IMG/VR virus record: IMGVR_UViG_3300050343_000218
Reading direction: 5' to 3' (one strand)
DNA from: a virus
DNA: 64,000 bases
Made by a program: the position numbers and the translations under genes. Of this stretch, positions 6,328-14,429 are shown one piece after another (within the stretch, counting starts at the first letter, position 1; each line of letters starts with the position of its first letter). The notes beneath the pieces are model-generated. The model worked only from the letters and a program-made list of their open reading frames with translations, did not search any database and was not told the origin of the DNA.

Positions 6328-6891
6328 TCATATAATACCACTGATTGGCGAGCGGTAAATCCACTTTTTTTCTTCGGTTGTCTCCACTGTACGCTCCACT
6401 TCATTGATTTTAGTGATGTAATTGTTTGTATAGGACCACCTCTGACCTGTCGTACCCCAACGAATCCACGAAAAAGATGCGTCTTGATACTGTTGGAGCG
6501 GAAGTCCTGGTGTGTTGAACACGGAACGCACTAACGTATAGTCATATTCATTGACTAGGTAGCGCATTTGTCCTTCAACAGTGCTGGGATCACACCCATA
6601 ATTGCTACAGAATGTACCAAGACCCTTGATACGTCCCGCAGATGTCCACTGAAGAAGACCAAATCCTCCGCTCGTGTTCTTATAGCAGTCCATATAGGAT
6701 ACTGCTAGCGTAGGAAAGTAACCCTCACACGCTAGCGGGTTGAATTGTGATTCTTGTTTAATGTTACCAAGAATAACAGCAGCTGCATTTTTATCTGTGA
6801 CGCCATCTTCTTGTAGGACATTTAAAACGGTGTTTTCAACAGGACTGCAAAGGGCACAAACAAGGGCAATTGGTGCAAGGGGACTAGTCAT
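6328..6891 (-). CDS. phage tail-lysozyme-2-like muramidase with hydrophobic N-terminus
   Basis: AAAVILGNIKQESQFNP ... GGFGLLQWT ... STVEGQMRYLVNE fits the Phage_lysozyme2 pattern, with a candidate catalytic Glu in QES. Confidence 0.75.
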   Translation of the reverse strand: MTSPLAPIALVCALCSPVENTVLNVLQEDGVTDKNAAAVILGNIKQESQFNPLACEGYFPTLAVSYMDCYKNTSGGFGLLQWTSAGRIKGLGTFCSNYGCDPSTVEGQMRYLVNEYDYTLVRSVFNTPGLPLQQYQDASFSWIRWGTTGQRWSYTNNYITKINEVERTVETTEEKKWIYRSPISGII

Positions 6892-6928
6892 AGGTTCTAG
6901 GGGTGTTGTAGGGGATTATAGAGGGGTC

Positions 6929-7126
6929 TCACGAGACCTGCTCGAAGTCTTCAATCTGATCTACACTCACACGATGCTCACCAGCAATCATATAATAATG
7001 ATTAGGGGTGCCATTCTCTTGCTCTTGTATACCAAGATACTTGAGTTCAGAGTCTTCAAAGTTGTGCTCACGCATTACAGCTTGTATCTTGAGATGCAAG
7101 AGTTCGTTCTTCTGAGGTACCAACAT
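6929..7126 (-). CDS. hypothetical protein
   Basis: 65 aa in a co-oriented operon. Confidence 0.65.
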   Translation of the reverse strand: MLVPQKNELLHLKIQAVMREHNFEDSELKYLGIQEQENGTPNHYYMIAGEHRVSVDQIEDFEQVS

Positions 7127-7355
7127 AGACCTTGTGCAATTGTGTAAGTGAAGTGATCTTTTTTTCGGGATGTACCACGCATTCCTTCCATTTATAACGT
7201 GGTACGACTACACACGTAATGTTATAGGGACAGCGTGCAAATTCATCTTGGAGCTCACATTTGATGGTGACGGTGATGTAATCATCATCCACAAACCATA
7301 CCATACCACTGATGTTACAGTGGGGGACATCTAACCAGTCTCCAATCTCAAACAT
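7068..7355 (-). CDS. hypothetical protein
   Basis: 95 aa; start coupled to the upstream stop. Confidence 0.65.
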   Translation of the reverse strand: MFEIGDWLDVPHCNISGMVWFVDDDYITVTIKCELQDEFARCPYNITCVVVPRYKWKECVVHPEKKITSLTQLHKVYVGTSEERTLASQDTSCNA

Positions 7356-7654
7356 CAGCTGTGAATAGGTGCAGTGATAGTATCTTTGACATAACAGCTC
7401 TTACCTGTCAACCATTTAGGATACTCTGCATCTTCCATTGCAAGTAGACATTGCATCTGATTGTCAAAATAGTATACATCGTGCCAATGGTTACTATATT
7501 CTCTCTTCTCTTGCAGACGATAGTCAGGCTCACCATTCTCTAGTGTGCCACACGAGACAAAGCGGAAACCGTCACGCTCAAGGATGGTTTTGGTCACAAT
7601 ACGTGCAATCATTGGATCAAGGGATAGTTTAATAGAAAATAGTTTGAATGTCAA
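7355..7654 (-). CDS. conserved cyanophage hypothetical protein
   Basis: GTLENGEPDYRLQ..YYFDNQMQCLLAMEDAEYPKWL pattern. Confidence 0.75.
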   Translation of the reverse strand: MTFKLFSIKLSLDPMIARIVTKTILERDGFRFVSCGTLENGEPDYRLQEKREYSNHWHDVYYFDNQMQCLLAMEDAEYPKWLTGKSCYVKDTITAPIHS

Positions 7655-8019
7655 CGATACAGGTAACCACCTGCCCAGTCACAATTCTCAAACAACCACT
7701 CACGCTCGGTGATGATTAAGAGATTAAAGCGCACACCCTTAGCAGGTGCTTTGTATGATGCTGGCTTGTATACTTCACCTGTCTTCTTGTCAATGAATGC
7801 GTGCACTGATTCAGTTTGACCATTGACGCACTGCATCACTTTGTGATACTTACGACCAGAAGAGATCAACGCATAAGAATAGTTCTGACCATTAGGATGT
7901 GAACGCTGATGAGACTGTTGCAGTGCATCGCACAACATCAAACCATACTTAGTGACGTTGAGTTGGTTGGTGTTGCGAGCATCTTGTGCTGCGCAGTATG
8001 TAGCGAAGTCAGTGGTCAT
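7651..8019 (-). CDS. conserved phage hypothetical protein
   Basis: SVHAFIDKKTGEVYKPASYKAPAKGVRF..DWAGGYLY, a widely seen phage motif. Confidence 0.85.
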   Translation of the reverse strand: MTTDFATYCAAQDARNTNQLNVTKYGLMLCDALQQSHQRSHPNGQNYSYALISSGRKYHKVMQCVNGQTESVHAFIDKKTGEVYKPASYKAPAKGVRFNLLIITEREWLFENCDWAGGYLYR

Positions 8020-8044
8020 TGCGTTGTCCCTCGATTACCTTTGT

Positions 8045-8103
8045 ATTATACAGCTGATGGGTGGTCAGTCATCGGTGTCTGTGCCACCTTCTGAACTGGT
8101 CAC
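8045..8103 (-). promoter_or_regulatory. early promoter with palindrome (copy 6)
   Basis: TATAAT 8045-8050, 30-bp gap, GTGCCA-N10-TGGTCAC 8081-8103. Confidence 0.75.
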
Positions 8104-8322
8104 CTTGCCGTAGTCTAGCTCAGCATCGTAGGCAGAATTGAATGCATCACACAAAAACTTGAGTGAGGGATCCTCTTGTGGTTTTGGTACAGCACCACGC
8201 TTACGGAGCTGTCTCCACGTCTGTGCAGGTTTGTGAGCACGCTGAGCACGGTAGAAGGGTTCAAGAGCAGCAGCATCCTTGACGCTGAGTGTGTGGCGAG
8301 GAGGGAGGGTGCCTTGTGTCAC
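8065..8322 (-). CDS. hypothetical protein (GTG start)
   Basis: 85 aa after promoter copy 5. Confidence 0.65.
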   Translation of the reverse strand: MTQGTLPPRHTLSVKDAAALEPFYRAQRAHKPAQTWRQLRKRGAVPKPQEDPSLKFLCDAFNSAYDAELDYGKVTSSEGGTDTDD

Positions 8323-8343
8323 AGGTCAATTGCGAATGATCAT

Positions 8344-8400
8344 AGTATACAACAAAAAACCCCCGCCAGTGGCAGGGGTGGACAGTTCACGAATCGGCAC
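8344..8400 (-). promoter_or_regulatory. early promoter with palindrome (copy 5)
   Basis: TATACT 8344-8349, 28-bp gap, GTGGACA-N10-CGGCAC 8378-8400. Confidence 0.7.
8354..8378 (-). terminator. rho-independent terminator
   Basis: Minus strand CCCCTGCC-ACT-GGCGGGGG-T6. Confidence 0.8.
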
Positions 8401-8632
8401 TAATTAATTTGTTTAGGATGGAATCGCTGTATCGTAGTTGAACTGTACGAAACACCTCACGCTTTTGCATATCAGTAGATTCACTAAACTTCAATGCAAC
8501 CATCTGTTCAGAGAACATAGTACGATAGGTTCGGATCATCTCTTTAAGATGACCCCGCTCCTCCAACGTGAGAGAAATCTCACGACATTGCATCATATCT
8601 TCGGTTGGTTGAGGAATAGAATGTGCGCCCAT
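8387..8632 (-). CDS. hypothetical protein
   Basis: 81 aa after the promoter at 8655-8684. Confidence 0.65.
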   Translation of the reverse strand: MGAHSIPQPTEDMMQCREISLTLEERGHLKEMIRTYRTMFSEQMVALKFSESTDMQKREVFRTVQLRYSDSILNKLISADS

Positions 8633-8654
8633 TTACTTTTTTAGCAACGCACAC

Positions 8655-8684
8655 ATTATATCACGACTGCTTGTATTGTTGCAA
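8655..8684 (-). promoter_or_regulatory. host-like sigma70 promoter
   Basis: TTGCAA-N18-TATAAT; the extended TG is the TGA stop of the upstream gene. Confidence 0.65.
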
Positions 8685-11600
8685 GTCTTTTGTGCGAACC
8701 GTGAATGTTCCTTCGTTATCCACATTAGCTACGGTGTTACCAGCATACGTTGACCACGATCCATTTGCACTGGTGCTACCCCAGTAGAATCTAGTCCCAT
8801 CATAGTATGATGCTGTGCCAAGTTGATCCAGTTCGATAGAAAACAGAGCTTTACCTGTGATTGTGAGTGAGAAGTCAGTTGCATCCCAATATACAAACTG
8901 CGAACCAACCTCGGTGTATGCACTATCTTTATTAGACATATCCAAGGGCAACTTAGCAGTCAAGATCTGACGATCATTGGGAGTACCAGAGTTAGCACAG
9001 GTTGATGCAACCATCAATGTACCATATTGTGGTCCAAGTACAGCAATACCACCTGGTTGAGTGATACCAGACGTACTGATCTTACCTGCTCGTGTGATGT
9101 TAGCAGCATCAGGTGTTCTTCTGTATCCATTAGTACGCTCAGGCAGTGATGCAGTAGTTAACTCCAACACATATGAGTCAAGCTGAGAGAACTGATTGGT
9201 GACAGACAATGCTGCAAACAATCTATCTTGATACGAACCTCTAGTGTAGAACGTGCTAACAGCATCAGTCTGGATAGTAGACTCACTATCTCTCTTGTCA
9301 TCACGTGAACCACTGTTATCATCCAATTGCTGGATTCCAGGAGTTTCCACAAATCCAAAGCGCAAGTCTTTAACGATGTCAGCACCATTACCATTGTTAA
9401 TAACAAACGATGTTGAGCTGTGAGGACCATCATTATGTGACTTAGAACCACCAGCGCGTCTTCTAATATTACCAACAATCACAACAGCATTGGTGTCACC
9501 TGCTTGAGTTTCATCACCACCAACAGCAAACTTAAGACCGAAATCATTGAGCTGTTTATCATAATCATCAACACCCTTGCTGAATGCAAATGTCGAGAGT
9601 CTTAGATCATCACCAACAATGTATGCCCAGTTCTCACTAGCAGTTGTAACAGGAGTAATTCCATTCCATTTAGTTACACCGTACATACCACGTGTGGTTG
9701 TACCTGTACTGTCGTAAGTCTTACCTGCGTAACCAACATACAAGCGGTTGCCATCAGTACTATTGACTTGAGTAACATCGATGCCAAACACACCATCAAC
9801 AGCGTTACCTGATTGAGCACCACCCAGTAGAATAGTTCCACTGCTGTTACCCATACCAACAACAGTAGCACCACCTGAACCAGTAATACTGAGAGGAATA
9901 GAAGCTATAGCTCCATACTGTGTATTAGTACCACTAGAGGTTCGTGAGTAATGACCACCAATAAACAATACTGCAGTATTAGATGTATCTAAAGTGACAG
10001 CACAAGCGTGAATCTGGAAGTTCTCTGTTGCTGTGTCGAGTGTGGTAGCATCAGAATTGACATACTGATAATCCCACTGGAATGTCATATCCTTATTGTA
10101 ACAAGTGATATAACCACACCCAAAGTTGTTGCTGTTAGTTGTATCAGCAGTCCAACCAACTGTATAGATGTTACCAACTTCATCCACACATACATCTTTA
10201 GGGTAAGTGTTAAAGCCCGTGTCATAGATACGAGACTCAACACCACCAGTAGGAGTGTGACGAGTTAGCAATTGCTTGCGCAGTCCAGTGTTACCATCCC
10301 AATACTGAGATACAGATACCATTGCATTGAAATTCTCTTGCTTAGATATCTCTTGTATATCACCTAGAACACCAGCAGCATTAGACTTGGCGTAACTAGA
10401 AACATCGAAGTCTGTCTTTGCATTGTCAGTGTTAACTGTCTGGTCAACATAAACATATGCACCACAAGACTTCTGTACTTCAATTGCACTAGTCTCTGTA
10501 GTCTCTTCATATGTTTGTAAGAAGATGTTAGAAGAGCTTCTACGATCAGCACGATCCCATTGTCTATTGGAAGTGCTATCAATCTGCAGGTTAGTTGTTG
10601 GTCCCTGCCATAAGAATCTACCAGCATATGTACCATTATCCAATGTCACTAATCTAGCACCAGATGCCATCCAAGCATTGTAATTTCCTTGTGTACTTAC
10701 GTTGCCAAGACTTGTGGGGTTAGTTGCATTGCTTGCGTGTGTATTCCACAGAGCACAACATCTTAGCAGCTTATATGTTTCAAGGTTAGTAGCATTAGTG
10801 ATGGTAGTATCATACTTTGTTTCTTCCCAACATCTAACAGTACTAGCAGGAGTATATGAGAATCTTCTAGTTACGTTATGCTCCGCATCTTCGACAAGGA
10901 TAGGACCAATCAGGTCACCATTGTGAGGCAGCTTGAGGATTACATTATCAATGTAGTTACCAACTGTACCTATCATTCTATCACTGAACGTACGAGCAGT
11001 GAGAATCATATTGTTGAACGCATCAAAGTTAATGCTATCCAACAACACACCACCATCAGTTAGTGGTTCGTACTCATACTTAGGTTTCTCAGTTGGACTT
11101 GAGACTACATCTTTCAGCCCTCTAACTTCTCTGATGTAATCAATAGTTCCATCAAATTTGATTTTTGCAACAAATCCAAAGTAACTAAGTTTGTTAGTAT
11201 ATGTACTTCCTGAAGGACCGTGGTTTGATAAAACTACGTTTCCTACGTAATAGATACCATTTGCAAAAACCTTACTATCAGCAAAGTGGATATCTGCAGT
11301 GAATGCAGTGCCTCTATCATTAGTACTACCATTGTTAAAGTAGTTGTTCATATCCCTAATGCTAGAATTAGGAACTGCAAAGAATGTTCTTACCCAATCA
11401 ATTGCATTGGTGCCAATGTTCTTCTTATTCAGCTGAATAAGGTTAGAGTGACGACCTATCTGTACACGAGTAGACTGTGGTTGATTATCTCTACTAGCGG
11501 TATATCTACCAAGAATAACGTTTGGTGCTGGAGTTAGACCACCAGTGGAAACATATTCGTAAACTGTACCTTCTGATGTAGGCTCTGGTTCAACCTTACA

Positions 11601-12836
11601 AACTTTGACTGGTGCAGTACCATCCTTAGCATACCAAGTAAAATCAAAGTCATCATTATCCCAGTCAACACGCATAAATGCGCCAGTGTTGCCAGTGTTA
11701 ATGTTATCAGTGGTAGTACCAGTATCAAATAGTCCGAGATAATTAGAAGCAGTTTGGTTCTTATATAATTCTTCTTTGTTAGTTCCAGTCCAAGGAATCA
11801 ACAACTTACCATCTTTATCAAGGGTGATCTTTGCATTCTGATCCCACCCACCAGGATACACTAATTCTTTCGCTTGCACAGCTACCCCATTGAAGGGAAT
11901 CTGAAGTGCTTGCAATGTACTACGAGACTTTGATAGATCTGTAGTGGTAGCATTACCTGCTACTAGGATATAAAATTTCTCATTGGCAATATCAATTGCA
12001 ATGTTTGATGTTGATTGTGGACGCCCACCAAATGCAGGACCGTCAAGTGAGAATGCTTCATAGCTTTCTTCACCACCAAATGCATATCCAAGATTAACTA
12101 GGTTATCAGTTGTAGGATTAACAAAGTTACTCTGAGAGTCGTGCATCGTATCCTGTTGAGGATGACGAGGTTCGCTTGATTCAAATCCAGTACCACGATA
12201 TGATCTTACCTTAGTAATCTTAAGATCAGGTGCACCCATCTTGGCAGTACACATCTCACTGCTAGTATCATTTCTATTCTCAAACACATTAGCGTGTTCA
12301 AAATTATTTGATACGTTGAGATTATTGATTGATGCAGGATATGTTGCAGAGTTAGATGAATTCCAGATGTTCTCCCATACTCTGTTACCAGCAGAGCTGA
12401 TCTTCATAATATGATAGGTCGCATCATTGGTGGAGTCATTCCACCCAACGTTGGAATAATTAAAACGCTTTAAGTTATAGTTATTGACACCGTTCTCATT
12501 TGTGGTCACCATAAAACAGACAAAGATACTATTGTCTGTTGTGTTACAAGCTAAAGCACAGGGATATACATTATTGGCAGATGAAAATGTATACTGCCAA
12601 GAAACAGCACCAATAGCACCAATCTTGGCAACTACAGTGTTGTATAAACCAGTAAGAGTATTTCTTTCTCCATTAACAGTGTACACCTCACCAGATGATG
12701 AGGTGGCGACATCATACATTCCAGATGGTTGTCTATAACTGGAATTATCGTGTGTGTCGCGCTTTGCTTCTACAAGGGTATAGAAATTTCCGCCGCCACC
12801 AGACGACATCATCCCTTTAGCTGCGAATAAAGGCAT
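8661..12836 (-). CDS. large beta-rich tail adhesin/receptor-binding protein (probable beta-propellers)
   Basis: 1391 aa; N-terminal MPLFAAKGMMSSGGGG; propeller-like repeats such as DVCVDEVGNIYTVGWT. Confidence 0.7.
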   Translation of the reverse strand: MPLFAAKGMMSSGGGGNFYTLVEAKRDTHDNSSYRQPSGMYDVATSSSGEVYTVNGERNTLTGLYNTVVAKIGAIGAVSWQYTFSSANNVYPCALACNTTDNSIFVCFMVTTNENGVNNYNLKRFNYSNVGWNDSTNDATYHIMKISSAGNRVWENIWNSSNSATYPASINNLNVSNNFEHANVFENRNDTSSEMCTAKMGAPDLKITKVRSYRGTGFESSEPRHPQQDTMHDSQSNFVNPTTDNLVNLGYAFGGEESYEAFSLDGPAFGGRPQSTSNIAIDIANEKFYILVAGNATTTDLSKSRSTLQALQIPFNGVAVQAKELVYPGGWDQNAKITLDKDGKLLIPWTGTNKEELYKNQTASNYLGLFDTGTTTDNINTGNTGAFMRVDWDNDDFDFTWYAKDGTAPVKVCKVEPEPTSEGTVYEYVSTGGLTPAPNVILGRYTASRDNQPQSTRVQIGRHSNLIQLNKKNIGTNAIDWVRTFFAVPNSSIRDMNNYFNNGSTNDRGTAFTADIHFADSKVFANGIYYVGNVVLSNHGPSGSTYTNKLSYFGFVAKIKFDGTIDYIREVRGLKDVVSSPTEKPKYEYEPLTDGGVLLDSINFDAFNNMILTARTFSDRMIGTVGNYIDNVILKLPHNGDLIGPILVEDAEHNVTRRFSYTPASTVRCWEETKYDTTITNATNLETYKLLRCCALWNTHASNATNPTSLGNVSTQGNYNAWMASGARLVTLDNGTYAGRFLWQGPTTNLQIDSTSNRQWDRADRRSSSNIFLQTYEETTETSAIEVQKSCGAYVYVDQTVNTDNAKTDFDVSSYAKSNAAGVLGDIQEISKQENFNAMVSVSQYWDGNTGLRKQLLTRHTPTGGVESRIYDTGFNTYPKDVCVDEVGNIYTVGWTADTTNSNNFGCGYITCYNKDMTFQWDYQYVNSDATTLDTATENFQIHACAVTLDTSNTAVLFIGGHYSRTSSGTNTQYGAIASIPLSITGSGGATVVGMGNSSGTILLGGAQSGNAVDGVFGIDVTQVNSTDGNRLYVGYAGKTYDSTGTTTRGMYGVTKWNGITPVTTASENWAYIVGDDLRLSTFAFSKGVDDYDKQLNDFGLKFAVGGDETQAGDTNAVVIVGNIRRRAGGSKSHNDGPHSSTSFVINNGNGADIVKDLRFGFVETPGIQQLDDNSGSRDDKRDSESTIQTDAVSTFYTRGSYQDRLFAALSVTNQFSQLDSYVLELTTASLPERTNGYRRTPDAANITRAGKISTSGITQPGGIAVLGPQYGTLMVASTCANSGTPNDRQILTAKLPLDMSNKDSAYTEVGSQFVYWDATDFSLTITGKALFSIELDQLGTASYYDGTRFYWGSTSANGSWSTYAGNTVANVDNEGTFTVRTKDLQQYKQS

Positions 12837-12839
12837 TTA

Positions 12840-13757
12840 TCAGAACTCCTGACCAGATGTGAACCCGTAGTAAACAGTACCGCCGTTAAATGTGGTAAAG
12901 AGGAAAATGTCAGTCGCGTTAGGGTTAGATGAAACAGTAGGAACCACTGCACCTGCCCATTTAACAGTTCTGCCAACAAATGTACTTAGATCAACAGTTC
13001 TACCGCCAGTACTATCTTGTGTCAACACAAGAACAAAGCTGGTAGATGCACCTGCTTGCTCTCCAGTAACCTGGAAAGTGGTAATATCCTCAGTAAGACT
13101 AACTGTATGGATAGCAGACTGAGACAGGTCAATAGAAACATTGCCTGTGCCAATTGAATCTAGAACGACAGTTTCAGAATAAGATGCGACGTGAACTCTA
13201 GCAGGATTTGATCCAACCAAATGAGTGAAGTAATCAGCACTTTCATCCCATACTACTTTAGAGTTTAGTGACGTGCCTCGCTCAACTTCGACACCAGCAA
13301 CACCATCAGCGTGAGTAACACCAGCTCCAGTCTCACCACTGTTCAGAACAATTGTGTTGTCTGCAATTGTTGTGTTAGTGGTATCAACTGTTGTAGTTGT
13401 TCCACTGACAGTGAGATTACCTGTAATAGTGGCATTGGGTGCTGTAAGTGTATCAGTCGCAGCATCATAACTGAATCCTGTTTCTCCACCAAACCCAGTG
13501 CCAGATTTATATTGTACTTGACCATCTGCATCACCACCTGAAGCAGACTCAGTACCACGTGCTAAGTATTCCCAGTGCGAATCAACCGCATTGTTTGTAG
13601 ATGGTACGTTTCCAGTAGTGTCCGTGACACAAATATATGCAGAGGTAGTAGCACCGTCATAATAACTAACGGCATCATCTATCTCATAAGCGGTGGCACC
13701 AGCGTAAGTACCTCTCCACTTAATTTTAATCTTGCCAACATCGATTGTGAGAGCCAT
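12840..13757 (-). CDS. short tail fibre, paralogue B
   Basis: N-terminal IDVGKIKIKWRG..Y.IDDAV and C-terminal ..KWAGAVVPTVS..ATDIFLFTT..GFTSGQEF domain. Confidence 0.8.
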   Translation of the reverse strand: MALTIDVGKIKIKWRGTYAGATAYEIDDAVSYYDGATTSAYICVTDTTGNVPSTNNAVDSHWEYLARGTESASGGDADGQVQYKSGTGFGGETGFSYDAATDTLTAPNATITGNLTVSGTTTTVDTTNTTIADNTIVLNSGETGAGVTHADGVAGVEVERGTSLNSKVVWDESADYFTHLVGSNPARVHVASYSETVVLDSIGTGNVSIDLSQSAIHTVSLTEDITTFQVTGEQAGASTSFVLVLTQDSTGGRTVDLSTFVGRTVKWAGAVVPTVSSNPNATDIFLFTTFNGGTVYYGFTSGQEF

Positions 13758-13786
13758 CTAACTCAAGGATACTTGTTCTCTTAGTT

Positions 13787-13793
13787 TATTTAT
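13787..13793 (-). promoter_or_regulatory. T4-type late promoter
   Basis: ATAAATA about 30 nt upstream of the start at 13757. Confidence 0.65.
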
Positions 13794-13799
13794 GGGCTA

Positions 13800-14429
13800 T
13801 TAGATTGTATAGTAGACAAAACAACGTTTGTACGTGCCTTGACAAGGGTCGCCATAAGAACCATTGTTAGAATTTACAGTAACTTCAGATACACCACCAT
13901 TAGATAGTAATTGTGATCCAGAATTACATCCACCAGTGGATGCAGTTATGGTCTGAGTTGCATCTTGCTGCTGCGATGTTAATCCACTCCAACTTGCATT
14001 AGGTGTGCCATACGATTCAAATTGTTTAGCAATTAGAGTAGAACCAATCTGTCTTTGAGTGAAGTCTCTAGTTTCACCATCAATAGTAATAGTGAAACTA
14101 AATGTTGACCCAAAATCTGAAGCTCTTAAAGTATAATTATTACCCTCATTCACCTGGTTTCCTGCATATCCAAATGCTGAGGTAGTTCCAGAAAGAACTA
14201 ACTCATAAGCTCCATTTGTCCCTAATGACAATCCAGGTAAGAGATTGCCATCTAAACGATATACATCAACATTCTCTGCTATAACAAAAGATACTATAGA
14301 TCCAGTTGATTGTTGAGGAAGTGCCGCATTATTAGCATAATTCCAAGAAAGTGGACCCAAATTAGCTCCACCACCACCAGATCCTGCTGCAAAAATAACA
14401 CCTTTTGAAAAACCAATCGGAGGACTCAT
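13800..14429 (-). CDS. small adhesin with C-terminal SUEL/rhamnose-binding-lectin-like domain
   Basis: Likely start MSPPIGFSKGVIFAAGSGGGG (ATGA overlap with upstream stop); C-terminal SYGTP ... YGDPCQGTYKRCFVYY. Confidence 0.7.
   Translation of the reverse strand: MSPPIGFSKGVIFAAGSGGGGANLGPLSWNYANNAALPQQSTGSIVSFVIAENVDVYRLDGNLLPGLSLGTNGAYELVLSGTTSAFGYAGNQVNEGNNYTLRASDFGSTFSFTITIDGETRDFTQRQIGSTLIAKQFESYGTPNASWSGLTSQQQDATQTITASTGGCNSGSQLLSNGGVSEVTVNSNNGSYGDPCQGTYKRCFVYYTI

Noticed and set aside
1345-8400. Repeated palindromes or the T-tract array as a CRISPR array
   Set aside because: Copies are dispersed or degenerate, there is no repeat-spacer periodicity, and no cas genes are present
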